From Solirubrobacteraceae bacterium (GTDB lineage: Bacteria; Actinomycetota; Thermoleophilia; Solirubrobacterales; Solirubrobacteraceae), in the NCBI GenBank assembly GCA_035567055.1, contig DATMQX010000002.1, positions 425-64,424 of the forward strand: a stretch of DNA of 64,000 bases, read 5' to 3'. A program made the translations under genes and the position numbers. Numbering within the stretch: the stretch's first letter is position 1; each line of letters starts with the position of its first letter. The notes under the pieces are model-generated. The model did no database searches. It was not told where the DNA came from and was given only the letters and a program-made list of their open reading frames with translations. This document shows, piece by piece, positions 18,307-27,432 of this stretch.

Positions 18307-19346
18307 GCGAGGATGTCGGCGGGTACACGCTGAAGACCGAGTTCACGACCGCTGGGGGCGGACAGAGTCGATGGGCGTTCGCGGAGCGACGAGGGAAACA
18401 GTACTTCCTGAAGGAGTTTCTCAAGCCGAAGTACCCCATGGAGGGGTCGCCGGGGAGCGACGCTACCAAGGCCGCGCAGCGAAAGGACTGCGCTGCGTTC
18501 GAGAAGCATCACAATGCCATCCAAGCGGTACTCGGCCCGGTGAGTGCGGCCGGAGGGAACCTCGTCGTCGCGACAGACTTCTTCCGTGCGGGCTCGCGCT
18601 ACTACAAGGTTACCGAGCGTGTGGAGGTGACTGACTGGGCCGCCGCGGACGTAGCCCGTCTGCCCCTGAGCTCCCGGCTCCTGCTAATGCTGACTGTCGC
18701 ACACAGCCTCAACGTCCTACATCGGGCAGGGCTCGTGCACGGAGACGTCAAGCCACCCAACATACTGATTAAGCGACTAGAGGAGGGGCGCTTTGGCACG
18801 AAGCTGATCGACTTCGATAATGCGGTCCTTGCGGCGAAGCCGTTGCCGCCGCCGGACCAGCTTGTCGGCGACATGGCCTACTACTCGCCGGAGCTCGTGC
18901 GCTACATCAACGCGCCGAATCAGCGCGATCGGCTCACGCCGCGGTCAGACATCTTCGCACTAGGCCTTGTGTACCACGAGTGGCTAACGGGCACCAGGCC
19001 GGGCTTTGATCTCGACGCACGATACGCAGGCGTGGCGGTCGCCCGAGGAGAACGACTCCGCGTGGGCGGCATGGCTCCCCCGGAGCTACGTGACCTTCTC
19101 GTTCGTATGGTTACGGACCCGGCGTCAGACCGGCCAAGCGCCGATGAGGTGCACGCGACGCTGCGCGGCGTGCGGGCTGCCGTAGGGTCCGATCTAGACG
19201 CTGGCCATCACACCGCAGCCCCAACCGCCGCCGAGCCGTCGACCCTTCGGGGGACTCTGCTCAAGAAGGGAGGGCGATCGAAGCCGACCGGAGGGGAGGG
19301 ACAAGCGCTTCGGGGCTCGCTCGCTGAGAGGAAGGCACGTGAGTGA
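18303..19346 (+). CDS. Ser/Thr protein kinase (Hanks type, soluble)
   Basis: 'AGGGQS' loop, 'YFLKEF', 'HGDVKPPN', 'LIDFD', 'YYSPE', 'SDIFALG'; GTGA overlap with the phosphatase. Confidence 0.9.
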   Translation: MSEDVGGYTLKTEFTTAGGGQSRWAFAERRGKQYFLKEFLKPKYPMEGSPGSDATKAAQRKDCAAFEKHHNAIQAVLGPVSAAGGNLVVATDFFRAGSRYYKVTERVEVTDWAAADVARLPLSSRLLLMLTVAHSLNVLHRAGLVHGDVKPPNILIKRLEEGRFGTKLIDFDNAVLAAKPLPPPDQLVGDMAYYSPELVRYINAPNQRDRLTPRSDIFALGLVYHEWLTGTRPGFDLDARYAGVAVARGERLRVGGMAPPELRDLLVRMVTDPASDRPSADEVHATLRGVRAAVGSDLDAGHHTAAPTAAEPSTLRGTLLKKGGRSKPTGGEGQALRGSLAERKARE

Positions 19347-20659
19347 GTTCGACCGCCCGAGCACAGCGTTGTGGCGAATGCGACGGAGTTCAGCCCATTG
19401 ATGCCGCGCAATGCGAGGTGTGCGGGGCACCGCTCGATGGCTCCTTAGCGTTTGATACCGAGGTACCCAGCCGGCGGCGGTTCGAACGGAAAGCCCCGAA
19501 GGGACGAATCGTCAAGGAGGTCAAAGCCGCCGCGGGGCCCCCATCAGTGACGAGGTCCTCGCCCCTAACGCCGGGGTCGTTCACGAGTACGCCACCAAGC
19601 GCCTCGTCGTCCGTCCGGATCTCAAAACCCTCACCTTCCCCCGTCCGCGATGCGGACAGTGCCGCGCCGCGTGCCGTAGGTTGGGCACTTCAGCCGCGCC
19701 TGGGAGCAACCCTGATGGCTGGCGCCATCGGATTTGCGGGCGTCGTCCTTGCAGGCGCAACATTGACGTTTAAGCTTCCGCACGCCGCTTCAGGCACCGT
19801 GCTCAGGTCGACAGCCGAAGCCTTGTGGCCATGGGTCCTGGCCGCGATCGTCGCAGGATGGCTGATCACCGTTGTAAGCGACTACCTCGCGGCGAGAGCC
19901 TGCAGGGTTGCCCATGCACCCCGAACCCGACGGCTCTGGCATGTCGCGCTCCCGTGTCTAGCTGCGGCGGGCTGCGTCCTGTCGGCAACCCATGCATCGG
20001 GACAGCCCTACGTCCCGCCCGCGACGTGGCCGCTGATCCTCGCCGTAGCCGTCGGGGCGTATGCAGTGGCGGCGCTGGTGCACATTGCGACGGTCGCCCG
20101 ACGCGCGCGTAGTGTGACTGCAACCTGGACGTGGGCGGCCGCGACCGGGGCGTCAGCGACCATTGTCGCTGCATGGTTGGCACCAAGCGCCTACCAAGGG
20201 CCGCCTCTCGCACAACTTGCGAGCGACGCACACACACTCTCATCTGTTGCCCCGATGGACGGGTGCCAGGCGATCTCGGTCCAAACGGACCCCGTGCTGA
20301 TCATGCGCGACCTAGTGCGTGCCTCGGTGCTATGCAAACAAGGCAATCTGTCAGGACGGTTCATTTGGTTCCGCACCACCGGGATGATGCATGTCTACGC
20401 TAGCGCTAGAGAGCGCGAAAGTAATACTGCTTTCACAGGAGAAGCGTGTGCTACCAGCAGGGCATTTCTCGGCAACTGGCACGAAGACGCGAACCCGTCG
20501 ACGCCGCTTGGACAGCTTATGTGCATTCGGGGTACGCATTCCGCCGCGATCGCTTGGGATAACGACGTAGTGAACGTCTATGGCATCATCCGAGCGCCAG
20601 ATCCCATGAAGCAGCTTTACAACTGGTGGCACCGGCACTCGTCGATCATGACGCCCTAG
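19343..20659 (+). CDS. Zinc-ribbon, multi-TM membrane protein with extracellular Cys-containing C-terminal domain
   Basis: N-terminal CGEC...CEVC, Pro/Ser linker, about 5 TM segments, C-terminal 'GNWHE..PLGQLMC..AAIAWD..LYNWW'; GTGA overlap with the kinase. Confidence 0.7.
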   Translation: MSSTARAQRCGECDGVQPIDAAQCEVCGAPLDGSLAFDTEVPSRRRFERKAPKGRIVKEVKAAAGPPSVTRSSPLTPGSFTSTPPSASSSVRISKPSPSPVRDADSAAPRAVGWALQPRLGATLMAGAIGFAGVVLAGATLTFKLPHAASGTVLRSTAEALWPWVLAAIVAGWLITVVSDYLAARACRVAHAPRTRRLWHVALPCLAAAGCVLSATHASGQPYVPPATWPLILAVAVGAYAVAALVHIATVARRARSVTATWTWAAATGASATIVAAWLAPSAYQGPPLAQLASDAHTLSSVAPMDGCQAISVQTDPVLIMRDLVRASVLCKQGNLSGRFIWFRTTGMMHVYASARERESNTAFTGEACATSRAFLGNWHEDANPSTPLGQLMCIRGTHSAAIAWDNDVVNVYGIIRAPDPMKQLYNWWHRHSSIMTP

Positions 20660-20682
20660 TGAGCCAATTCGCTGGATCGGCT

Positions 20683-20707
20683 TTCGGCGCTAAATAGTTC
20701 CGTCCGA
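20683..20707 (+). repeat. 25-bp exact direct repeat B, copy 1
   Basis: TTCGGCGCTAAATAGTTCCGTCCGA; AGCCAATT lies 13 bp upstream in both copies. Confidence 0.9.
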
Positions 20708-20709
20708 TG

Positions 20710-20869
20710 AGACGGGACCTATCACAACCTCATGTTTAGAAGCGACTGGTCTGCGCATGGCTCGGTTGATCGAGCACCGCTGCTTGCCGGCATCCCGTGT
20801 GACCGGTCGCGCGGTTAGAGTCACGGGATGGCTGAGAGATCGCTCGGCGACGACGTTTGCCGGAGATGC
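20710..20869 (+). repeat. ~160-bp promoter plus microgene 5' module, copy 2
   Basis: Aligns with 13119-13279. Confidence 0.85.
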
Positions 20870-20977
20870 AAAGGAATCGGCAAAGTGTCCAGGTCGTTCT
20901 GGGCCTGGCCGCTCTTGCCGGTCCTAGGCAAGGAAGAACGATGCCCACGGTGCGAAGGCAGGGGCCTCGTGCCGTGA
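20828..20977 (+). CDS. 49-aa DnaJ-type zinc-finger microprotein (2x CxxCxGxG), likely leaderless
   Basis: MAERSLGDDVCRRCKGIGKVSRSFWAWPLLPVLGKEERCPRCEGRGLVP*; TAGAGT lies 6 nt before the ATG. Confidence 0.7.
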   Translation: MAERSLGDDVCRRCKGIGKVSRSFWAWPLLPVLGKEERCPRCEGRGLVP

Positions 20978-21125
20978 TCGAGGCACTGGGTCTTCGTCTC
21001 GCCAGAGAACTCGATTGCTGGGTCGGCCCGCTCGGCCGTCGCAGAACGCGGCGAATTCCTGAGCCTGCCTGATCGAGGCGTCACCACGAGAGCCCGTGGA
21101 GGGTCAAGTTGCGCATTGCGGTAGG

Positions 21126-22937
21126 TCACCTCTTGCGGCGCTTCTCTCCGAGTTCCTGGCGCCCCTTGCGGTCCGCGATCAGATGTCGGTGCGTCGTAAA
21201 CAGAGTCCTAAAGGCGTCCAGCACAAGGAGTTGTGCTTGGTCCGCGGGGTGTTCCTCACTCTCTAGAAGCTGATCTCCGTGGACGAGCTTGCTGCGCGCT
21301 TGATAGACGCGGCGCGATCGGGCGGCGATCGCCGACCCCTCGGTCTCGCCCGACGCGAGGAGCGCCGCGAGCGCGCTCGACAGTCGGGTCTCAAGTTTCG
21401 GGCCTGGCCGGCCAAAGAGATTCTCCAGGGCAATCACGTAGTCGATGAGAGCGTCGTCGCTGGGTCCTCGGTCGGTCACAGCGGATAGCGTTCGGTCGAC
21501 GGCTACGCGGATACTTGCGTCATAGCCGCTGTCAAGGCGCGCAATCCATTGCTCGAGCTCGGACATGCGCTGAGAGGGGAAGGGAACTGTAGGTGGTCCG
21601 CTCGGTGCCGACACAAACCTTCCGACGTAGGGCTGGAAAGGATCGAAGACATGCGTCCACGCCAATGCCGGCATGGCGAGCTGTCCGCCCTGATTCGGGC
21701 CGGCCAATAGTGCGGCGAGGGAAATGATCTTCTCATCGACAACGAGTCTCTCTGTGCCTGCCCAGAACGTGCTTCCGGCGGATGGTGGCTTGGCACCAAC
21801 GTGAAGTCCGACGTCGCAGGTGGTTTCCAGCACCATCGTGGCTCGTGCCGCCATGGCGACATGCGGGTCGCTCCTACGAGCTGCCCGCAAACGGCCGCCT
21901 CTCGGGCCATCCAGCTCTGCGGCGTCGGGTATCTCGGCATTCCAGAATCCCACGATCGTGGGCAGTGAGCAGACACCGAGTGTGACGAGTTCGCGCATAC
22001 GGCGCAGGTTCTCTACTGCCTCGGTGATGAACGTCCCCGGACGCTTGTCTCCAAGCATCCGCACTCGTTGCTCTGCTGTGGCCAGCGCACACTCGGCGAC
22101 CCGGTACGTCCAGAGTGGGCCGTACCCCATGCCCGACGACGTGTAGAAGACGGTGCCATGAGCGAACAGCTGCGTTATAGGCTCACCTTGCAGCGCAGCC
22201 TCGAGTTGATGTACCCGTGCCCGAGAGATCAATGGTTTCGGCGGCAAGAACTGCGTGCGCTCTTCAAGAGGAAGCAGCGTGCTGGGGAAGTGGTCAATCG
22301 CGGCTCTTGCGATCGCAGTCTCCGCCGGGCTCAGCCCCTCGGGTATGGCCGGCAACTCACCGGCGGTTGCAAGCCGAAACAGGTTCGCGTGGGTGTGACC
22401 TCGATCTAGGTCCGTCCACCCGAATCGTCGCATCCGCACCAACGGTGACCCGTCAGGGAGCGCGTCAGGCTCTCCAAACGGACTGTCGCTAGCAAGCTCC
22501 TTGGCATGGGCCAAGACGTCACTTAGCGCGTGCTCGGTCTCCGTACCGAGCTGTGCGGAGCCTGTGATCCGCTCGGCAAGTGCTTCTTCGCTGACGTTGA
22601 GAACGTACGCCAGGAATGGGACGCCCAGGAGCTTGAGCGCTGTTTGGGTCTCGGCACTGGAATCACCCTCTAGATAAGTGTGTAGCGCCGCGCGGATCAC
22701 TGCCGAGGGCGTCTCGTGGTCCCGTGCAGCACGAGCGCGCAGCGCTGCCCGTAGGTCGGGGTCGACGCGAACCGATTCGATCGAGGCCGGGCCAGACCCG
22801 AGGGGCGGGCGCCCTCCCCGACGGCGCAGCGTCTCGTCGACGTCATAGCCAGCCTCAGCTTTCTTCGCGAGCTCGCGGACGAGCTCGTCGGTTATGGGGA
22901 CCCCGCTCGCGGTCTTCCCATGGGCCTCTTTCGCCAT
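21126..22937 (-). CDS. RHH/CopG-type antitoxin domain fused to an ApeA-like HEPN domain protein
   Basis: ATG 22937 (MAKEAHGKTASG...SVRVDPDLRAALRARA...SAVIRAALHTYL, RHH); C-terminal 'IDYVIALENLF...RSKLVHG' with the HEPN R-x4-H motif. Confidence 0.75.
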   Translation of the reverse strand: MAKEAHGKTASGVPITDELVRELAKKAEAGYDVDETLRRRGGRPPLGSGPASIESVRVDPDLRAALRARAARDHETPSAVIRAALHTYLEGDSSAETQTALKLLGVPFLAYVLNVSEEALAERITGSAQLGTETEHALSDVLAHAKELASDSPFGEPDALPDGSPLVRMRRFGWTDLDRGHTHANLFRLATAGELPAIPEGLSPAETAIARAAIDHFPSTLLPLEERTQFLPPKPLISRARVHQLEAALQGEPITQLFAHGTVFYTSSGMGYGPLWTYRVAECALATAEQRVRMLGDKRPGTFITEAVENLRRMRELVTLGVCSLPTIVGFWNAEIPDAAELDGPRGGRLRAARRSDPHVAMAARATMVLETTCDVGLHVGAKPPSAGSTFWAGTERLVVDEKIISLAALLAGPNQGGQLAMPALAWTHVFDPFQPYVGRFVSAPSGPPTVPFPSQRMSELEQWIARLDSGYDASIRVAVDRTLSAVTDRGPSDDALIDYVIALENLFGRPGPKLETRLSSALAALLASGETEGSAIAARSRRVYQARSKLVHGDQLLESEEHPADQAQLLVLDAFRTLFTTHRHLIADRKGRQELGEKRRKR

Positions 22938-23174
22938 CAACGGCCTCCAGGGAGAAGTCTTCGGTAGCTGCGTCGCATCTTCATCGTATGGATCGCCATC
23001 TCCGTGGAATCGTCGCAAGAGGGTTACGACCTCGAGCAACTCGCCGTTGCGCGCCGGCCCTAGGTAAAGCACTGTGTCGCCGTCTTGGTCATCAATTGTC
23101 ATCGCATTCGTTGCTGCATGGCAGATGTCCGCATCGGCAAACCCGTGCTTTCGAGCCGACGCATGGATCTCCAC
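22937..23174 (-). pseudogene. RelE/BrnT-like toxin with an internal frameshift
   Basis: 'MEIHASARKHG..DI.HA..LYLGPARNGELLEVVTL'. The expected tail DDSTEMAIHTMKMRRSYRRLLPGGR* lies in a shifted frame from about 23014, and its TGA overlaps ATG 22937 (TGATG). Confidence 0.7.
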
Positions 23175-23200
23175 CCGAGCAATTGTATAACGAAACTACA
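23175..23200 (-). promoter_or_regulatory. Leaderless -10 promoter and probable TA operator
   Basis: TACAAT lies 7 nt before GTG 23174 and overlaps the imperfect palindrome TGTAG-TTTCGTT-ATACA. Confidence 0.55.
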
Positions 23201-23274
23201 GTATGTATGACGAATGACGAAAGTCCCGACTTCGCTCGGATTTGGCTCTACCAAGCCAATTGGCGGCCCGAATC

Positions 23275-23299
23275 TTCGGCGCTAAATAGTTCCGTCCGA
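23275..23299 (+). repeat. 25-bp exact direct repeat B, copy 2
   Basis: Identical to 20683-20707; abuts the truncated 5' end of the T4CP-relaxase gene. Confidence 0.9.
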
Positions 23300-23300
23300 C

Positions 23301-25601
23301 GCGGACATTCGCGCCTCCTCGGATCGCTATCTGCGCAACGCGATCATCGCCGTGCTGGCGCACGACCGGGCCGCCACGTTGTGGGACGCCGCACGGCTGT
23401 TGTCGGTTGGAGAGGAGGGGTACTCCTATCGAAGGACTGTGGGAGCACGTGTGCGGGCGCTGCCGGAGTTCAAGGAGATCTCCCAGTTCTTCACCTCCGA
23501 GCTGGCCGCCCAGTTGGCCGACGCGCGCAGCGTGACGACGGCGAAGCTCGACGCGCCCGTGAACAAGCTTGCGCGCCTGCTCAATTCCCCGTCGATCAAG
23601 CGAGTGCTGCTGAACGACTCGTTGCGCATTGACCTCGACCGCGTGATCGCCCAAGCAGAGGTGCTCGTCGTGAAGGGCGCGCTCGGCGCCATGGGAGCCG
23701 GCAACACCTCGGTGTTGATGCAGTTGCTCGTCGGGATGATGGATGCCGCCCTGGCCCGTCAGCAGGATCTCGTCCCGGGCGACCGGCGCGTGGCGGTGGC
23801 GCTGAAGATCGACGAGGCGCCCCTGGTCTTGAACCGCAGCTTCGCTGAGACGATGGCGCTGAAGCGCTCCGCCGGCCTTGAGACCGTGGCGTGCTGGCAG
23901 ACCGACGCGCAGTGGACCGACCGCGATGTTCGCGAGCAGCTCGACGCGCTCTTCGCCCATCGCGTCTATTTCGCCACTGCCTCGGCGCGCGATGCCCGCG
24001 CAGCCGTTGCTCTGACGATGGCGGCCTTCTCCGACACCGTGCGCCCCGGAATCTCCCACCTGTCCGCCCTCGGCCAGCCGGACGTGCGCCTGCACCTGCC
24101 CAAGCACCACGCGGTCGCAAGCTGGACGACGGCGGAGGGGCGCCAGGCGCCGTTCATCGCCCGAACGATCCCGCTGCGCGTCGACCAGGAGCGCATCGCC
24201 CTGCACGCCGCCCGGCAATTCGAGCGTGGCGCACGCCACTGCACCGATCTTCGCCAGCCGCACTGGGACAGCCGTCCGCGAGCTGACTCCGCTGGGTCCC
24301 ACGACGCGGCGACCGTCGCGCCGGCGCCGCGTCGCGAGCGGGCGCCCGACCTGGAAGCGGAGAGCCTGCCCGCGATCGCGGCCGAGAGCTATCGCGAGCT
24401 CGTCGAGCTGGATGGCGCGCAGAGTGTGCGCTGGGCCCGGAAGGCGGGTGCTCCGCGCGCGCTCGAGCCTGACGAGCTCGATCTCGAGGTCCTGGCGCTC
24501 ATCGCGACGCTGAGGCATGTGCTCACGAGCCAGATCCATCGCCGGATAAACCCGGGTCGATCTATCACGACCACTCAGCGGCGTCTCAAGCGACTATCGG
24601 ACGCCGGCCTGGTCGCTCGCTTCCAGTTCCATCGCCGTGATGGAGGAGGGGTCCCGATGTGTTACGTGATCACGCCCGACGGACTCGCGGTCGTACACGC
24701 GGAACGTCAGCCTGCCGTCGAGCACGCGAGCGATGCGTCGCTGACCGACCCGCCATCCGTCGCGAAGCCGGACGCTCCGTCGCTGACCGACACGCAATCC
24801 GTGAGCCCGTCCGCACGGCGCGGTCTGCAACAGGCTCGCCGTGATGTCCACGTCGCGGGCTGGGTGCTGTCGCTCGAGCGCATCTGCGCCCCGGCACGCT
24901 GCAGGGTGCGGGGTCAGGAGGAGTCGGTTCTCTCACCACCCGCACGCTCGAGTGGCGACGGTCACAGCAGACGACTTTCACCGGCCGACCTGCGGCTGCC
25001 GGGTGGAAGGACGCCGCACGACTTCTACCGGACGGGTGCCGGCGGTGAGGCCATGGAGGTGGAGCATTTCGAGACCGTTCGACCGAACGCGATCGTAGAG
25101 CTGGAGGGGCAGCGGGAGCCCGCGGCAGCCGCCGTTGGCGAGGCTGGCACGGAGCGGCCCTCGTCGGTGGACGTGCTCGTGGAGTTCGACGATCGCCTCG
25201 TCTCGGGAGCCGCGGCGAGCAAGCTCGAGCGCTACGACCATTTCCTGACGGGGTGGGCGGCGCACACGAGAAGGTACGGACGCCGCGGCGAGGCTGTTCC
25301 CGTTCTCGTGTTCGTCTGCCGCGATCGGTCGCGCGCCCGCGAGTGCGCGAGGCGAGCCGACCCTGTGCTCAGAGCCTCGCGTGCCTATGCAGGGGAGTAT
25401 CCGTTCGATTGGGACTATCCCGCTCGGGAGTCGATCGTGTTCGCGTCCGAGCGCGACGTGCACGAGGGGCTTACCTACGCCTACGGCATTCCCCGGCTTC
25501 CGCCGGAGGTGCGCGTGTCGGCAGCCAAAGGCGACGTTCGCGCAGGTGAGGCGGTCGCAGAGCGGAGGGATCTCCCAGGCATCCTCGGAGGGCGTGGCTA
25601 G
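23301..25601 (+). pseudogene. 5'-truncated VirD4-like ATPase fused to a Replic_Relax domain
   Basis: The frame opens mid-domain after repeat B (ADIRASSDRYLRNAIIA). It has Walker B 'LKIDEAP' but no Walker A, then the relaxase HTH 'DLEVLALIATLRHVLTSQI...TQRRLKRLSDAGLV' and 'VLVEFDDR..KLERY'. Confidence 0.75.
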
Positions 25602-25732
25602 GGCTCACTGCCCGGGAGGGTCCGCGGCATCGGAGCGGGCTCGGTCTTCCGTGTGCTCGCGCCACCGCGAGCGATCCGGACGTCCTCGATCACGAGCGAT
25701 GGATTTCCGGCAGTGGCCGGATCTGAACAGAT

Positions 25733-27130
25733 ATGAACTCAAAAACACGGTGGGTGCTCGTGCTGAGCGGCGTCGGATCGCTGATGGCCGCGCTCGACAC
25801 GGTCGTTGTCTCAACGGCGCTGACGACGATCCGCCGTGACCTCGGCGCCTCGATCGACCAGCTCGAGTGGACGGTCAACGCCTACAACCTCAGCTTCGCG
25901 GTGCTGCTGATCACTGGGGCGGCGCTCGGCGACCGCTACGGCCGGCGGCGGATGTACGCAGCGGGGCTGGGGCTCTTCGCGCTCGCCTCGGCCGCCTGTG
26001 CACTGGCTCCGACGGTCGGCTGGCTGGTCGCCGCGCGGGCGCTGCAGGGCGCGGGTGCCGCGGTGCTGATGCCGCTCGCGCTTGCGTTGCTCACCGCCGC
26101 GTTCCCACCTGAGCGACGTGGCGCCGCGATCGGCATGTTCAGCGCGATCACCGGGATCGCGGTCGCGAGCGGTCCGCTCATCGGAGGCGCGGTCGTGCAG
26201 GGGATCAACTGGGAATGGATCTTCTGGCTCAACGTCCCGATCGGACTGATCGCGATTCCCTTCGTTCTCACGCGCATGGAGGAGAGCTTCGGCGGCGACA
26301 CGAGAATCGACGTACCCGGGCTGCTGCTCGTGGGCGGCGGAGCGCTCGGCATCGTCTGGGCCCTCGCCCGAGGCAACATCTCGGGCTGGGGCAGCCCGGG
26401 CGTTCTCGGACCGCTTGCCGCCGGCGTGCTGCTGGCCGGCGCGTTCGTCGCATGGGAGCTCCGCGCTCCGGAGCCGATGCTGCCGATGCGGTTCTTCCGC
26501 TCGCGGGCATTCTCGGCCGGGAACGCGGCGATCTTCTGCACGATCGGCTCGCTGTTCTCGTGCGTGTTCTTCTTCCCGCAGCTCCTGCAGACCGGGATGG
26601 GCAACGACGCGCTGCACGCCGGACTGAAGCTGATCCCGTGGACTGCGACGTTCATCACCGTGGCCCCGATCGCGGGTACGCTGGCCGATCGCATCGGCGA
26701 GCGGCCGCTGATGGCCGTGGGGCTCGCGCTGCAGGCGGCCGGCACGACGTGGCTCGCTCTGATTGCCGCGCCGGGAATGGCCTACTCGCACGTGCTCGGA
26801 CCGTTCATCGTGGCCGGGGTCGGCATCTCGATGGCGATCCCGGCGGCGCAGGCCTCCGTGGTGGGCTCGATCGCGGTCAAGGACGTCGGCAAGGCCGCTG
26901 GCGCCAACACGATGATGCGCGAGCTCGGCGGAGTGTTTGGGATCGCGCTCGCGGTGACCGTGTTCGCGGGTGCCGGCGGCTACGGTTCGGCGCAGGCGTT
27001 CGTCGACGGCTTCGGGCCTGCGCTCGGCGTGTCGGCCGGGATTGCGCTGGCGGGCGTCGCATGTTCGCTGGGCCTGCCCGGCCGCCGCCCGGCGGTCATC
27101 GTGGCCGTGCCAACAATGGAGGAGGCGTGA
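25733..27130 (+). CDS. DHA2/EmrB-QacA family MFS efflux transporter
   Basis: 'GAALGDRYGRRR' motif A, about 14 TM segments, 'WIFWLNVPIG'. Confidence 0.9.
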   Translation: MNSKTRWVLVLSGVGSLMAALDTVVVSTALTTIRRDLGASIDQLEWTVNAYNLSFAVLLITGAALGDRYGRRRMYAAGLGLFALASAACALAPTVGWLVAARALQGAGAAVLMPLALALLTAAFPPERRGAAIGMFSAITGIAVASGPLIGGAVVQGINWEWIFWLNVPIGLIAIPFVLTRMEESFGGDTRIDVPGLLLVGGGALGIVWALARGNISGWGSPGVLGPLAAGVLLAGAFVAWELRAPEPMLPMRFFRSRAFSAGNAAIFCTIGSLFSCVFFFPQLLQTGMGNDALHAGLKLIPWTATFITVAPIAGTLADRIGERPLMAVGLALQAAGTTWLALIAAPGMAYSHVLGPFIVAGVGISMAIPAAQASVVGSIAVKDVGKAAGANTMMRELGGVFGIALAVTVFAGAGGYGSAQAFVDGFGPALGVSAGIALAGVACSLGLPGRRPAVIVAVPTMEEA

Positions 27131-27432
27131 TGCGACAGGTCGTGGTGCGCTACAAGGTCAAGCCCGAGCGGGTGGCCGAGAACGAGCAACTCGTACGTGC
27201 GGTGTACGAGGAGCTGGAGCAGACACGACCGGGGGGTTTGCGCTACGCCACGTTCAAGCTCGACGACGGTGTCAGCTTCATGCACTTGGCGATGACCGAC
27301 GACGACTCCAACCCGCTCGCGCAGGTGGCGGCGTTTGCGCGCTTCCAGGAGGGCATCGCCGAGCGCTGCGAGGAGCGGCCTGTGGTCACGACGCTCAGCG
27401 AGATCGGCTCGTTCCGGCTGTTCGGAGCATGA
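27130..27432 (+). CDS. Small ABM/dimeric alpha-beta barrel protein
   Basis: 'MRQVVVRYKVKPERVAENEQLV...' coupled to the MFS stop. Confidence 0.65.
   Translation: MRQVVVRYKVKPERVAENEQLVRAVYEELEQTRPGGLRYATFKLDDGVSFMHLAMTDDDSNPLAQVAAFARFQEGIAERCEERPVVTTLSEIGSFRLFGA

Noticed and set aside
21126-23174. A single ordinary 682-aa gene, as given by the ORF track
   Set aside because: The toxin C-terminus with its own TGATG junction lies in another frame, so the long ORF results from a frameshift joining two genes.
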